A stretch of DNA of 64,000 bases from Strigamia acuminata (lineage: Eukaryota), in contig OX442314.1 in the NCBI GenBank assembly GCA_949358305.1, positions 1,364,001 through 1,428,000 of the forward strand, read 5' to 3'. Positions 37,301 to 52,300 of the stretch are shown here, piece after piece. Positions within the stretch are counted from its first letter, which is position 1, and every line of letters starts with the position of its first letter. Below the pieces are notes generated by a model. That model was not told where the DNA came from, searched no databases, and worked only from the letters and a program-made list of their open reading frames with translations. The position numbers were made by a program, and so were the translations under genes.

Positions 37301-40300
37301 ATATTAATAAGTATTTGCGGCGGAGTGAATTTAGGAATTGGAGGCGATTTGATACATATTGTCAATCGCTAAAATGCCTGTGGCTTGTAATAATAGAAAA
37401 TCAGGAGTGGGAAAAGGGTACTTGCACATGTCCTGTATTTGCTAAAACATACACTTGGGTATAGCGATCATTGAGAAATTATTTGTTGTACCGCCTGAAG
37501 CAAAGACGGTTCCCATTGGGGAAAAAAGAAAGCGGGGTCAACCATCTAAGGCTAAGAAAGCTCTCTTAGTGCAATAATTTAGTGCAATATGAATGTAAAC
37601 TGTATTAAAATCTAATGTAAAAATAATTTTTTAACTGTAAAAAATAAGAAAAATAGTGTGTGTTCTCAATGAAATAGTGTATCAAAAAGTGGTGTAAAAT
37701 TTAGTTTTTTTTAGTGTAAAAATAAGGGAAAATAGTGTCAAAATAAATGGAACCCGAATATAACGCCCTCTAGGGATAACCATTGTAAAACATTTAGTAT
37801 GTAACCTTGACATGACAAACTCATCACTCACTAACGTATGAAGTGTAACCTGCTTTCCCTCATCAGTAAAAGCTAGAAGCATTCAATCTGGACCCTTTAT
37901 TAAGCAAATACATAACACTGTGCAAATGGATTAACGAATCCCTTCTACGTAGGTGGAAAACACATGGTCTTGTAAGTTATACCTGCATTTGATTGATTCA
38001 AGTAGCTTCTTTTTGAAGCAACTGTCTTTGCATTGCTTGTGTTCTTCCATTCCAACACAAGGATTGGATTTTGTTTTCAATGATGTTTTCTGCATTGAAT
38101 ATTTTTTAATGCGCTAATATTATAGTGAAGCTAATTGTCGTGTTGAACAGGTGCACCAATGAATGGCAGCACACATATTGTAAACACCTGGCTAAGGTGT
38201 TAAGTCTGTTAAGACAACTGACTTAATAAACAGTTAATTAGGAATTTTTATCCTGTGCACTTCATTGGCTCTAGACACTACACTAATGTTGTCGTAAAGC
38301 CAAAGAATCATAATTTCAGTTGCAAGAATCATAGGCAAACTACATGCCTCAACTGCGTTTTCTTTAGCCTTAGTTCCTAGACCAGGGATGGGGAATCTTC
38401 GGCATCACATTAGAGGTGAGTTAATTAAATGTTTGATAATTTTTTGTGGCCGTCGATGATGTTATAACTACGTATACAAATGACCCCTGGCAGAAAAAAA
38501 TTTTCCCACCCCATCCCTGTCCTAAACAGTGGCAGTTTAGCTTTTGCAATGCCCTCGACAAAATGTTGAAATTATTATTATTCCAATGCATAAGAGCGGC
38601 GTCACGTTTACGCGTGCATGTAGCGTACACAGGCATGACATCGCGGTATTTGTTCACTTATACTCTGGTTCAACTCAAAAGGTTCTCCTCCTCCCATTGG
38701 CCAAGCCTCATTACTCTTAACTCTAGACCGTATTACTACCACTAGGAGTTTTTATTTTTATTTATTTTTGAGATTATTATGACCATTTAAATTGATATAA
38801 TTTTAATTGTATTTTATTATAAAATGCTATTTCCATTTGGGAAATAAAGTTTTCTGCACATATAAATGTAAAACTCATGTTTGTTCTGTTTTTGGTTGCT
38901 TTGTCTGGAAAGCAAACAATTTTGAAATTTTGGCTGTTACCTAGGCAATCGATTACAATGTCTGTACATTGTAATGCATTTCTGGTGTTTGGGTCTATTT
39001 TTTCGGATCACTACACCACTACACAATCGTTTTGTCAACATAACAATTTGCCTCCCCCAAATTGTTAGGTCATTTTGTTGACGAAATAGACCATTTGCTT
39101 TTATCGACGAACGTCTTGTCGACGTTTCACTTTGTTCACAAACGTCAAATTGTGTTTCTGGCATCTATTTACATGGGTGATAGTGTGGAACATGAATTTA
39201 CACATGTAGGGATGGTTAAAGTGTGTAAATGAATATTTGCATGGCAAAAACCTAACCCAATCTGACCTAAACCAAGTTAACATAATCTGACCTGAACCAA
39301 CCTAATCTAACCTGATTAGAACCAACTTACCCTGACTAAACGTTTACGGTTTTGTGCCAAATATTGCATTTTATGGTAAAAAATTATGCTTAGCTAAAAA
39401 CCTACCGTAGAAGATTAACGCAAATTTCTATATTGCGCGAACACATATTTTTTGTCGGCGTAACCGCGATGTCACGCGTACGCATTTAGTGTTTGGCGTG
39501 CATATGCGTAAGTGCGACGTACCAATGTCGCACTTACGAATGTTGGATCACCACTGGTTGAAGTGGGCAAAAAGATAAAATTCAAATTTCTGCAGTTTGT
39601 GAATAATACTGTACTTCAAGAAATGAAAATCTGAGGATTGAAACAGCAGTCTGTAGAATGTTTCGTTTACTCGTAAGAATAGAATATTTTTCAGCTCCTT
39701 CTGGACGAACGTATAACTATAAAAAAAATACAAAAGATGAATCGAACCGTATGCAATCCAAAAAGGTCAAATATACAACTGATCCCATAAAGAACTGGAT
39801 GGAAATAATTAGGGTAACGAGAAGTTTATATAATATTTGTATATGGTACTGATACAAAGATACCATATAGGTTTGGTTTGACTGTGAGCAAAGCACGACA
39901 GAGAAGAATAAGACTGAGCCACATCAACTGTAACTATGTTAAAACTCTTGTAGGATAACATGGAGATTTTGAACACACATTACACATAACAGGGAAATTT
40001 TGGAATACAGACGTTACTGAGTTACCTGAAATAACCCATCAGTGCAATTGATACACACAGGTCTTTTGATAACGAGGAAAAATGTAGATGTAGTTCCGGC
40101 ATATTTCATTTGGTCTGTAATAAAAGACATTTGAACGGATTACTGGCACAATTATTATTCTATTTGGGTATACTTATTTTTATATCCAAACATGTTCCTG
40201 TGTGCATGTAAATACTTTTATCCATGTAGCTTTTCTCACCTTCCAGGTTCAAGAAACCTGATCCCTACAATCGAAAAGCAAACAATCAAAATTGTTCTAT

Positions 40301-43300
40301 CGGAGTATTAAAACTGGTAAATGTTTAATTTGAAAGTTAAAACTAAAACAAATTTTGTCATATGTGGAATTGGATACTCTATATAGTAATAAGTTTAAAT
40401 TACTATAACTATATATTATATATATGGTAATTATAATTATAAATATATAACTATAATTATAAATATATAATTATAATTATAAATGTATAATTATAATTAT
40501 AAATATATAATTATAATTATAAATATATAATTATAATTATAAATATATAATTATAATTATAAATATACCGTATACCGTAAGTATAATTGTAAATAAATAA
40601 TTAATATAGTTATATAGGAGAGGAAATGATGTCATTTTTGTTTTAAAATTGAAGTAAAACACATTATTTTAATTTTTGAATGCTAGCTAGATTCAAGAAA
40701 ATCCAGTAAAATAAGAAATTTTTTTTATTTTTCTCACAAAAATATCAAATTCTTATTCAACACTAAAGCAACCAGAAAAGAATATTGTGGTTTTGAGGGG
40801 GTTAGACCACATGTGCGCAAATCAATTGCGGTTGACCACTTGTGAACACTTTCGAAAAAGATACGGTAATTATCTCTCTGCAGTCACACACCTCGGCAAA
40901 TTTATTCATTACGGATGTATCCACTTTTGGCTTCTGAGAGTCCCACAATTTTTTTAGCGTCAGTACAATCTTTGAAGTGTTCAATAAATCAATAAAATGA
41001 ATAGTGCAATGATCTCCGCCGATTTTGTTAGCAAGTTTTATTCTTAATGAAGTCATCATATGGCTATCTCCACAAGCAATTATATCGGGCAAGTACAGAG
41101 TGCTATTTTCCACAACTGTGACTACCATTTTTGTAGGTTCACTATAGTACAGTTGTACTTTCATCACTGCCAAAATAGTTGCAAGTACGGTGCTCACAAC
41201 TAACACAATTAAATGGGCAAAACGTTCAATGGTAAATTCGTTGCTTGCACTAGTGTTGGTGGTTTGGATTAATATTTTCTCATATACTTTCTGTATTCTA
41301 GTTGTAATTTTTTTGTTTGATTGAAAAGCACGACGAGAATTTGATGGTCTGATCGCTGCCCAAAGCCGACGAGTTAAAGTTTGTCCTATTGCCATTAAGG
41401 ATAACAAAGATAGTCCCAATGAAAATCCCAGATTTCCTCCGAAATCTATTAACAATGCAATTTTGTCATAAGTATACTCTTCAGTCAGAAGCAGATATGT
41501 TTCTTCTGTTTGTAACGCATATAATACGATTTTATTTTTGTCTTTTGGTGGTAATTTCTCTACAGCGATTCTTGTCATGTACATGTGCTTCGTGCAAGGT
41601 TTTAGGCACCCACAATCTAAAGTTGCCACGGTTGTTAGTTCACGTATGTATGCGTTGTTATGAATTTCAAAAACTTTGCTTTTGTTTTTAAAATCACTGC
41701 AATCTGGAATGCTGCTATTATATTCCATGTAGGGTAACCTAAAATTGAGAGTAAAGTCTGTATATTTTAGTCTCTGATTGGTGACCACACATGAATTTTT
41801 GCTCGTAATAAGTTAATGCTTTTCTTTCCTACAATGTCACAGAATTTGTTCCGACAGCTCATAGGTCTAGTTAAAAACAACCAGTAAGAGCAACGTTTCT
41901 GTTGTATGGTTTTCAGTCCAGAATACTGGTAAATGCCTAACTATGGATGTGTTAGATTATTTCGCTTTTGTGCCTGATGTACGACCCGCACCCATGTGTA
42001 TTAGGCCACTTGTATTTTTTTATGTTAAAAAAAATAAAATTGTAAAATTCGAACCCTAAAAAATGTTTCTAATCAAAATAAATAAATGAAACTTATAGAA
42101 CAAATATTGGGCTTTATTTTTTAAAAAAAATGAAATTTTAACTTAAATGGGACAAAAGTTATGACCATTTGATTTGAATTTGGGCTACTTGGCACAAGTG
42201 TATTTGGCCACCACGCTAATTGCCTCAAGTGAGTTGGGCCGGCAGAAAAAGCTTAGCACCACATTCAAAAAAATCACAAAAAAAAAGGTTTCTTCAGAAA
42301 ATCATTGATTATTTGAACAATACATTTCAATACTTTGTTGAATAACCAAAATTTTGTATGTGATTGTGCAGGCAAAGTCAAAACCTACATGTGATGGGTT
42401 TGGAACACTGAGCAATTGACTTGACTTAATGCTTAGAATCATTTTTTTGCTGAAAAATCCCTGTCAAAGGCAGTTTATCATCTGCAAATTGAAGCGTAAC
42501 AATCCTACAACACTTTTTTTATAAGTATATTGGTCCATGATATTCTTAATTTAATGTTGTGGACCGATACACGTACAGGAAACCATCCCCAAGCCATCCC
42601 AATAGTAAAATGGCTGTAAAAATAAAGCGTAAGTTGCATTTATTTATTTTGATTAGTAACATTTTTAAGGGTTTGAATTTTCGATTTTATTTCTTTTAAC
42701 ATAAAAAAATACAAGCGGCCCAATACACATGGGTGCGGGTAGTAATTTAATTTTTGGGTTTTAAGAAGAAATAGCATTTAAATTCATTTATTTTTATTCA
42801 ATCAACGAATTATGACCAATTTCTTATAACACAATCCTGTATTAACTCACATTTTTGAGGGCAGGGTTCAAATTTGCGCGAATCAAATTTGCGCGACCCG
42901 AATTTGCGCGACCCAGTAAAAAAAATCCCAAGTTCGCGCAAATCAAATTTGCGCGATTCAAATTTGCGCGATTCAAATTTGCGCCGACCCAAATTTGCGC
43001 CGATCCAAATTTGCGCCGACCCAAATTTGCGCCGATCCAAATTTGCGCCGACCCAAATTTGCGCCGATCCAAATTTGCGCCGACCTAAATTTGCGCCGAC
43101 CCAAATTTGCGCCAATCACTTCGTCACCCAATCTGAATTTTTTTGGGCATTTTTTCTGTCGTTTTTTTGCCGTTTTATGATGCAGTTTGGCCGTAGTTTT
43201 GAAAGTAGGAAATTGTGGCATTGAAAGTTGTTTGAAGCAGCGATTGAGTTTTTGCAATTGCTTCTTCGATGACAAAACAATTTCCATGCATAATAAGTTT

Positions 43301-46300
43301 AAATGAGCATTTCCATTGTTTCGAATTCGATGCACAAATATTGTATAACTGACGTTTAAAATAAATAAATTGATGGCAAAATTATTCAATTTGGGTTGAA
43401 TTCCTTCACCAAGAGATGTGAGTCGATGAAACTATTGCCGATGAACTGAGTGGCGATGAAATGATACGCCAAACAAAAAATGTAAAATTAGTCACTTTTT
43501 TTCTATATGGCGACGGAAAAATCGGCGACAAAATGATACGACTTCGTTTGTAAGAGTTGTTTTTGTATTTTAGTTTCTTATAAGTAATTTAATTAAGTGT
43601 TTGCAAGTGTGCCCAATTTTGTAATCTATCAAATGGGTGATATTAAATATTGAACCTTAAAAATTCAAATTTTTTATTTATAAATGTTGTTATACAAGTT
43701 AATGTTTAAATCAGGGGTCGGCAAGTAATTTTAAGTGGGATCTGGAAAAATTGAAAATTTTAATTGAGGTCCAGAAAAAGACAACAAAATAAAAGGAAAA
43801 GAACACAAAAAACACCAAAAAACACCAAAAACACCAAAAAATACCAAAAACACCAAAAAGAAACCAAAAAAAATCCAAAAACATCAAAAAAAAACCAAAA
43901 ACACCAAAAAACACCAAAAACACCAAAAAGAAACCAAAAAAAACCCAAAAACACCAAAAATACCAAAATAATATATGTATAATAAAAAATATCTGGCGGT
44001 CCAAGTTTCGACCTTCCGCAGTCCGTATCCGGACCACGGTCCGCCAGTTGCCGACTGCTGGTTTAAATAATGAAAAGCCTGGTCAAGTCTCTGCGCTCTG
44101 TCATCACAGCTCTGCACACATGACATTTTAGTTCCACCGAAAATTGCACACTGGTTCTAATGCAAGCAGCACAAGCCATGTGACCACACTTGTAAGCAAT
44201 GTTGCTTCGTGTGGTACTACACAGCAAACAGGTGAGTTCATTTTGCTCCTGTTGCACGACCAAGTTTTCGCTTGCTTCTGTAAGCAATTCCACCAATTCC
44301 GTTGCCAAGACGTGTACCTCAGCTGGTAACCGAGCTATATACTGCAGCCTTTGACGCTCACGCATGTCATCCCAGTCATCAGGTGTCACACCGTAATCCT
44401 CATCGTCGTCCAACTCCACCACAGCTTGAACGCGGGTGGCAAGCAAGGTGGCAATGTTCCTACGAGTGTGGCGTCGTTGAGGAGGGGGGAGTTGCTGATC
44501 AGCATCCGCATCTGGGGATCGGCGGTGGCGCAAACTTCGCCTGAAGGGTTGCGCTGGCTCTGTCACAGGTTCCAGCAATGGCTCGTCTGGCACAGGTTCC
44601 GGTAATGGTTCTTGTGGCAAAGGACATGTGCGCGGACGACCACGCGGCCGACGAGGCACATCCGGATCACGCACTGGTGCAGTGTGGATCATGCGGCGTC
44701 TTGCAACAGCAGGCTGGTTTCTGGACTGAGTGGCAGCTGCAATAGCATCATCCAGGTTGAAACTCGGAGGATCTACGGGAGGAGTAGGGGGCTGGTAGCG
44801 TCCTGTCGTATTAACTGTGGGAATCCGCGGGATGACCGTTGGTGCCGCCAGCAAGCCATTTGGTATAGCGACGCCATTGCAGTCCAAACTGATACCGCCG
44901 CCCATGTTGGATACGCGATACGCCACCGACTTCAAAAATTCAAACTCGTTGATGAGGTTGCTGCTGTAATTCGCCATAAAACGCCGTATGCATGAGTCAT
45001 TCATCAAGCAGTGCCTGTTGGGACACTGTTGCGTATCCAGGCCGCGCATCTCTTGTGCGAAGCTAACAGTTGCCGTGTGGTCCACCTGCGACAGTGCAAC
45101 AACAAAGTGGATAGGTAAAGTGTGCTTTCCAAGTGTTGCGGGCAATGAGGAGTGCCATGACTCCAAGCTGTTGTTTGTACGATGGGGCAGTTCAAATACA
45201 CTCATCCTGGCCGCAGTCACCTCCATCAGCCACTGTTCGCGAAAATACCGAAAAAACTCTGCCATTAGCTCAGCTACTTGTCCCTCACGTGATGCAGCAT
45301 GCCAGTATGTTTCAACAATCTGGAATCCATCTTGCACCTTAGACGCAGGTAAATACACCAGAGCCATCACAAGGTGTATGACTGCCCATGCGTACTCATC
45401 AGAACTATAGAATGGTTGCAGTCCCAATTGCATGGCTTTACGTCGAATTGCTTCGCAGAAATGAAAACTGCAATGTACTATGTTGCACGAAGGAAAAGCC
45501 TCTTCCAGAGATTTAAACATGGCCGTCTCATAGTCTGTCATGAAAGTCGTGCCCGTTTCGATAATGGTCAGAGTAGATGCCAAATGACTGAATACTTTGT
45601 CATATGCAATGCGTGACTTTCTTGTCATTAGGCAGTAGCAAAAAGGTATTAGTTTGCTACCAACCATGCCCTGAACAGTTAGAAATTGGTAAAACTGAGA
45701 GCCACCATCAGCAAACTTTGGCACAACCTTAAAAGTTGCATCGACATGGAACTCCCTGCTTTTACTTTGGAGCTCTGTGCACATTTCATGGTTGATGAAG
45801 AAAACAGAGACCGATCCATCCTCACCAATCAGGGTCGCGTCGTAAATGAATGAAAGGCGTTCGTTCTGGGCAACAGTATTTTTTTGCAATTCAAGAAAGG
45901 CATAAAAAGAGTTCAGGCTGTCCAGTTTAGGAATGTCTTTCTTGCATTGCCTGTTCAAAGTTGACTTAAAACTTATATAAGGACGTTGCAATGCCACATC
46001 CGGATACTTTATGCACAGTTTATTATATTCCGGTTTCTTGGGTGCTGATGGATTTAACTTGCGGCAATTGGCAACTAGCTCGTAAGCAAACAGCTTGCAA
46101 TTGACATTAAAAGAGGTAGTTCCATGCTCATGAGGGGTGCATAGTTGAAATGCATTCGTCAACATGTTCAATTTACCACGGCATCGGCAAGTCGCCACAA
46201 TGCACCGCATCCACATGGTGTCTGGATTTGCAGCGCATTGGCGATCTTCCCTGTAGATGTATTTCAGTTCATCGTACCACTGGCGTTTATCCAATTTCGA

Positions 46301-49300
46301 GTGACTGGGCAACTTGATCAGATTCGATTCCATTTCGATTCGGTTAGTATGAATTTTGAATTCGTTTGTTGCGAACGTGCGTGTGCAGGCGTGTTTCGTG
46401 CGTCGAACGTACGGGTGTCGGCGTCGAACGTGCGTGTGCGGGCGTCAACTTGCGTGTGCGGGTGTCGGCGTAGAACGAGCGTGTGCGGGCGGCAACTTGC
46501 GTGTGCGGGCGGCAACTTGCGTGTGCGGGCGTCAGCTTAGAACGTGCGGGCGTCGGCGTAGAACGAGCGTGTGCGGGCGGCAACTTGCGTGTGCGGGCGT
46601 CGGCTTAGAACGTGCGGGCGTCGACTTAGAATGTGCGGGCGCCGGCTTAGAACGTGCGGGCGTCGGCTTAGAACTTGCGTGTGCGGGCGTCGGCTTAGAA
46701 CTTGCGTGTGCGGGCGTCAGCTTAGAACTTGCGAGCGTCGGCGTCGAACTTGCGTGTGCGGGCGTCGGCTTAGAACTTGCGTGTGCGGGCGTGTTTCGTG
46801 CGCAGGCGAGCGTGTGGTGCTTGTGCGTGAATTTTTTAACTTCAACTAGTTATTTTTACAAAATTGAAGAAAACAATGGTAAGGAAGGACTCTCATTGGT
46901 GAGAGATAAGCAAATTCAAAGAACTCAGAATTTGTGGGTCACAACAGGTCAGGGCCCTGCCGACCTATGACGCGAAGAGGCGGCCGCCTCTTGGTTTCAT
47001 GGGTCGGCATGGTCCTGCAACAAGTGATGGCCAGATGTGACAAATTTGCGCAAATTTGGACCGGCGCAAATTTGGGTCGGCGCAAATTTGGACCGGCGCA
47101 AATTTGGGTCGGCGCAAATCTCGGTCGGCGCAAATTTGGTCCGGTGCAAATTTGCGCCGCGCAAATTTGGTCCACTTTGCGCCAATTCGGGTCGGCGCAA
47201 ATTTGAGCCAAAATAAACACGGCGCAAATTTGGGTCGCGCAAATTTGGTGCTGGCCGCATTTTTGATAGTAAATTGTATTAAATATTTTTGAAATACCGT
47301 ATGCCGATACTGGTACCACTGATAAAAAAAACCAAAAGGATAGTGTACCGAGTCGCGATACATTTTTTCGAGTACTGGCCCAACACTGGTTAATAATGAT
47401 AATATTGGATTTATTTTATTTACTTCACCACTTATATTCATCCAGTCTGACGTAGTTATAACTTCAGTGTACTCTATTACTATGTTTACATGCACGGAAT
47501 ATTTTGAGTGGTGAATAATTCGTGTGTTGAAATAATCAAATTGTTGTGTTTATATGCAGACAATAATTCATGATTACTTTCCGTTTTCGACCAATGGGGA
47601 AGTGCTGGAAGCGATGCGCGCATGCACAATAAAAATAATTGGAGTTCACTCGAATTAAGCAACCTTCTGCGAGGGATTATTCACTACTCGAATAATCCTC
47701 GAATAATCCGAATAATCCTGTTTAAACAACAGTTGTGCACACAGAATATTTCATCTCACTCGAAATATTCTGAGCACATAGTATTGGTAGACTAGACATT
47801 GGACGGGTCCCAGAAAGTTGTCCAGACCAACTGTCCCGATGACAGAGATGATTTATCATCGCCGGATATAAATCGGGACTGCCAAACCTGTCCGGACGGC
47901 GTTATGTCGGTCTACACAGAGTACACTGTAGACCTGTAACCTGGTGCTGAGTCAATTGCATAATATATTCAATTATGATTGGAAATAAATGATTACAAAC
48001 CGACATTCGCTCCTTTCCAATCTTGCTAAACATTCTTGGTAACACTTAATCTGAGTTTCTTTGTCTGATTCACAATGAAGTTCGTTTTTTGGTAAAAAAC
48101 GATACTGCAAATTTAAAAAGATAAAATAAAATGTTTTTTTTTTATAAAAAAAAATATAAATTACCTGTCGCAGAAAGAAAACAAATGAGGCCTTATTGCC
48201 TACTGTAACCGGTAATGCATATTGAAACGGCATTATAGGGTTGTCAGGTGCCATCTAGATGAAAAGAAAAAAACGTGGGATAACCATATTCATGAAGTCA
48301 TTTAAACTGGTTTATCTTTTGTAAACAACTCTAGATGTCAAATTTTACATTTAGATTTAGATTATGAGAACCTGCATTCCATAAGTCATTTAAACTGCTT
48401 AACTGGGGATTGTCCGAATACCGAATTTAACTTAAAAAATGGCGGCTGATTTTGTTTGCTTTCAGTCGCAGTGGGCGTGCTCACAGCATTTAAACAGCAA
48501 AACATGTTGATTCTAATTTTAAATTAACTTTTCAAATGCAGTTAGTGAATTGTACATCCTGCATTGTGGTGACTACACTCTTCTGATCATTATGCTGCCC
48601 TACCCAATCACAAGCTTTTGATTAAGAGAGCACTTCGTAGCTAAATAACAGTACTCTGAAATATTCCTCAAAGAATTTGTGCAAAACATAGATTTAATAG
48701 GAAGTGTATGTTGTAAACTTGACCTTGGTGTGGGGAGATAATAACGGTGATTAAGATAAATATTGTAATGGATAACAATGATGAAAATGCGTGAGACATA
48801 TATTATAGAAATTGAGATGTAACCAATAGTAACCGAATAAAAGAGCCAAGTAGTTTTGGATATCAATGTGAGTGAATGTGTTTATTTATCGCTGAGGCTG
48901 CATGAAATATAAAGACTATTTGAAAATAGTACAGTGAACCCACCAGTATGCCACTTTGATCGCAGTATCCATCTGTATGTAATCCAACATTCCATTCAGT
49001 TCCTTGGCTAAGGAAATAGGCTAAAAAAAAATACATTAATTTTGCGTGAATGTTAAAGATCGAGTGATCAGAAAACATTTCTCATTTTTCATTTGCTTCC
49101 CATTCTAATTTGGCTAAATTATTCCACTTTTCCATATTATTGTATGTATGGACATAAAATTAAAATACAAAGCAAGCAAATTACTGCAAAAGACCAAAGA
49201 GGCGGAAACTGCACACCTCATCAGTCTTTTGGTTGTCAAATATTACCTCCATCGACAACCAATGATGTTCCCATTACAGTTTTCTTTTCATAAATGTCAA

Positions 49301-52300
49301 ACATTGATGGATTTTTTGTGACGTATGTAAGATTGCCATCATTTCCAGTCATATTAAAGATTTTGTATTTGTACTATAAATACACAACAAACCTTTTTTT
49401 TAAAAAAGATTATTACATAATGTATTATGATATGAATTGTAAATTTTATTAAACAGTAGTAGGTGCATTCAAAAACTCTAAAACGAGTTGAATGCAGCTA
49501 TATTAGGATTGTTGAATTTTAATGAGTTTCTCAAGGTTTTTCTTTCCGTTTTAAGTTTCTTTGATTTTACGTATGTTAAAGTCGTCACGCGTCTTGTTCA
49601 AGTTGAATAAATGTGCTTATTCCTGTTCCCATTGTTTAAACTCCCTAAATCATTTGTTTTGTTTGTCATCCAATAAATCTAATCCTAATTTTTTTGAATT
49701 TCCTGTTTGTTTGTTTCACATCCTGAGTTTTGACTTTGTCCTAACTTTGATTTTGTCTATCTGTCACTCCAGTCTGGTTTTGGACTTGAGTGATTGATTT
49801 TGACAATTTCGACCGGTCTATCTGATGTTTTACTCTTGTTTCCCCCTCGTTTATTTTTTACTTTCTCCAATTTAATTTACATTTGGCTTGTGATGCATTG
49901 AATGACTCAGCTCATCATTATTCACCAACATGTCTCATTGGCTACTCTAACTGTCACTGATTGGTCCTTCCATCCTGACCCAAGTTGATTGCAACCTTCT
50001 ACAGGGTATATGGCACAGAATTAGTTTGCGCTTTGACTTGTTAAGGGCTCTCTTCTTGAGTAGCCAGAGTCTCACAAGCCTCTTTTCTCCCCTAGGTTTA
50101 CCTCTCACATCTTTGTCGATTCCTCCCATTGTGGACTTCTAATTAGCCCTCTGAGTTTTGTTATAATCATGCGTTTAGATACACAAGTTTTATTTTTTTG
50201 CATTCCTCTTTTTATTCCCTTTTTTGTATATTTTAATCACGCCATTGAGATGTATCTGGAGCCAAATTGGATTAATTGGCCATTAGTATATTTATTTGAT
50301 TGTCTCAGCACGTTTCATTGCGCTTAAGCTTGGTGTGGTCGCTCCTCCATTCTGGGGCCCAAGCCAGATTCTGCATCTTTTCTATACCTTCGAAGCATTG
50401 GAACGACGTCACGCGTATGCCAATAGCCTGTGTTGCTGCTTTTCATTTAGCTCTTTAATGTGCCAGTATTTTGAGATTCAAGGAGACCCGTGCTATTAAT
50501 TGTCTCATGTCGACCACTTGGAAATTGTGCCACCACCCTTTGGCATAATTTCGAAGACGGGCAGGTGCTCCGGACCAGCTCTGCGAGTTGTTGTGATCCC
50601 AAAGTGTTCACATAATTTGGGTGAAATTTCCGTATTTTTTGCCGTGCACCTGTTGCGCTTTTGGGCAATTGGCCCAGAAGCTGTAACGGCTGCCCTGGCA
50701 TTTTATGCCCTGGATTGGGGCGTTGCTTTGTCTATCCCGAATTTCTGCACCATTGCTAGGGCTGAAGCGTGCCTTGGCACACGCCACGCCTGCGCACTGG
50801 CCGTTTTCCGGCCCAATTCCGAGCAATAATTTGAGTTATTGCTCACTCTTTGCATCACACTCATACCGTTCACACCGACACAGCTTTGTTCAACCCAAAA
50901 ACACTGTTTTGTCAGTGATCCGTGAGGTTGCCAAGTTTCAACTTGATTTGTCTGAGCCATCGTTCAGACGAATCCGTTCCGGACGCCGAAGACGAAGCGC
51001 AACGGTCCGAACCAGCGTTGTTTCCGCCGCCGCCCGAAGACCAACGAGCGACAGCCGCCGAAGATCGATGCCAGCCAGCCGCCGAGGACAGCAGAGCTTC
51101 CGCCGCTGCTCCTCGACCTGTTGACGACGATACCGATACAGTTTGCAGTGGATCTCCAGTCAGGTTTTAACAATCGGCGGTACCCGCCGTTTGACTACTT
51201 GCCTTCGCCGGGAATCTCCCGCTGCAATCTAGGGTTTAACTCAAGATTTCCCGTTTGTTCAGGCTTAACCGCCGGACCCGTCCGTGAAGTTATTAGGCTT
51301 CACACTTCCTTTCCAACTTCGCAGAGTTTGCGCGGCATCGAGTCGCCATTTCTGCATTGTTTTTTCCCGCCCGCCGAAATCCCACGCTGTTTTGAACACG
51401 TCGCCTTCTACGTGGACGACATAGTACTGATAGAACCTATATTATTATCATTATCTTCAATTGAACCTTGTATTTCACTTAATTAATAAACTTGAACTTC
51501 GTTTTAATTGATTATAATTAGTTTAGCCTTTATTTCGAGAATATCTCTCCAGACACGTTTAACGGCTAAAATACCCCGATAGAAGACTTTTACGGCATTC
51601 AACTGCTTTCCGTAGATGAACGCCGGGATCTCTTGCTTAGGGGCCATCCATAAATTATGTAACGCCCGGAGGGAGGGAGGGGGTTTCAAATTTTATTACG
51701 GGTTGTTACGACGGGGGGGGGGGGAGAATTCTTAAAAATTTAACGTAACAAAAAGTAAAATTTTTACTTTTATTGTTTCAATTTATTATTATTGTGAATT
51801 TTAAATTTTTGTAAAAAAATTTAAATTTTTCAAAATTTTTTTTACATTTTTGAATTTTTTTTTACATTTTTGAAATTTTTTTTCGATTTTTTTCAATTTT
51901 TGAAATTTTGTTGAAATTTTTGTAAAAAATTTAAAATTTTGTTGAAATTTTTGTAAAAAATTTAAAATTTTTGTAAAATTTTGTATTATAAGCTTGTATT
52001 AAAAGTTTTTTTTTTTTGGGGGGGGGGGGGGATGGTAAGTTTTGTTACGTAATATTCTACCTTGTTACGGGAGAGGGGGTCTAAAAATCAAAAAATCAGC
52101 TTTACGTAATTTATGGACGGCCCCTTATAGAAAATCCCTTGTTTGACAAATATAAATTTAGTGTTGAGTAAAAATACCAATTGGATTCGCAGGAACGCAA
52201 CAGAGTGTACTCAAAACCGTGCAAAATTCAAAACGCGTTTAACTTACAACTAAAACAAGCGGTTTATTTATTATATATTTTCTTATTTTTCTCAAAAGTG

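Larger units (their letters stand above)
42859..47257 (-). mobile_element. Autonomous Mutator (Phantom-like) element with Foldback-type repetitive TIRs
   Basis: 9-bp TSD CATTTTTGA (42850-42858; 47258-47266); both ends are arrays of ~16-bp CAAATTTGCGCCGA(C/T)C in inverted orientation, with AAATTTGCGCG starting 11 bp in from each end. Confidence 0.92.

Noticed and set aside
42810..43224. Repetitive ORFs (also 46934-47495 and 56805-57204)
   Set aside because: Translations of TIR subrepeats or tandem repeats.
43711..44126. Phe/Val-rich and Lys-rich ORFs
   Set aside because: Low-complexity AAAAACACC repeats downstream of the transposase.
49500..50588. Possible extra exons or a decayed element in the gene B intron
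   Set aside because: No consistent open frame or recognisable motif; I cannot support a call.
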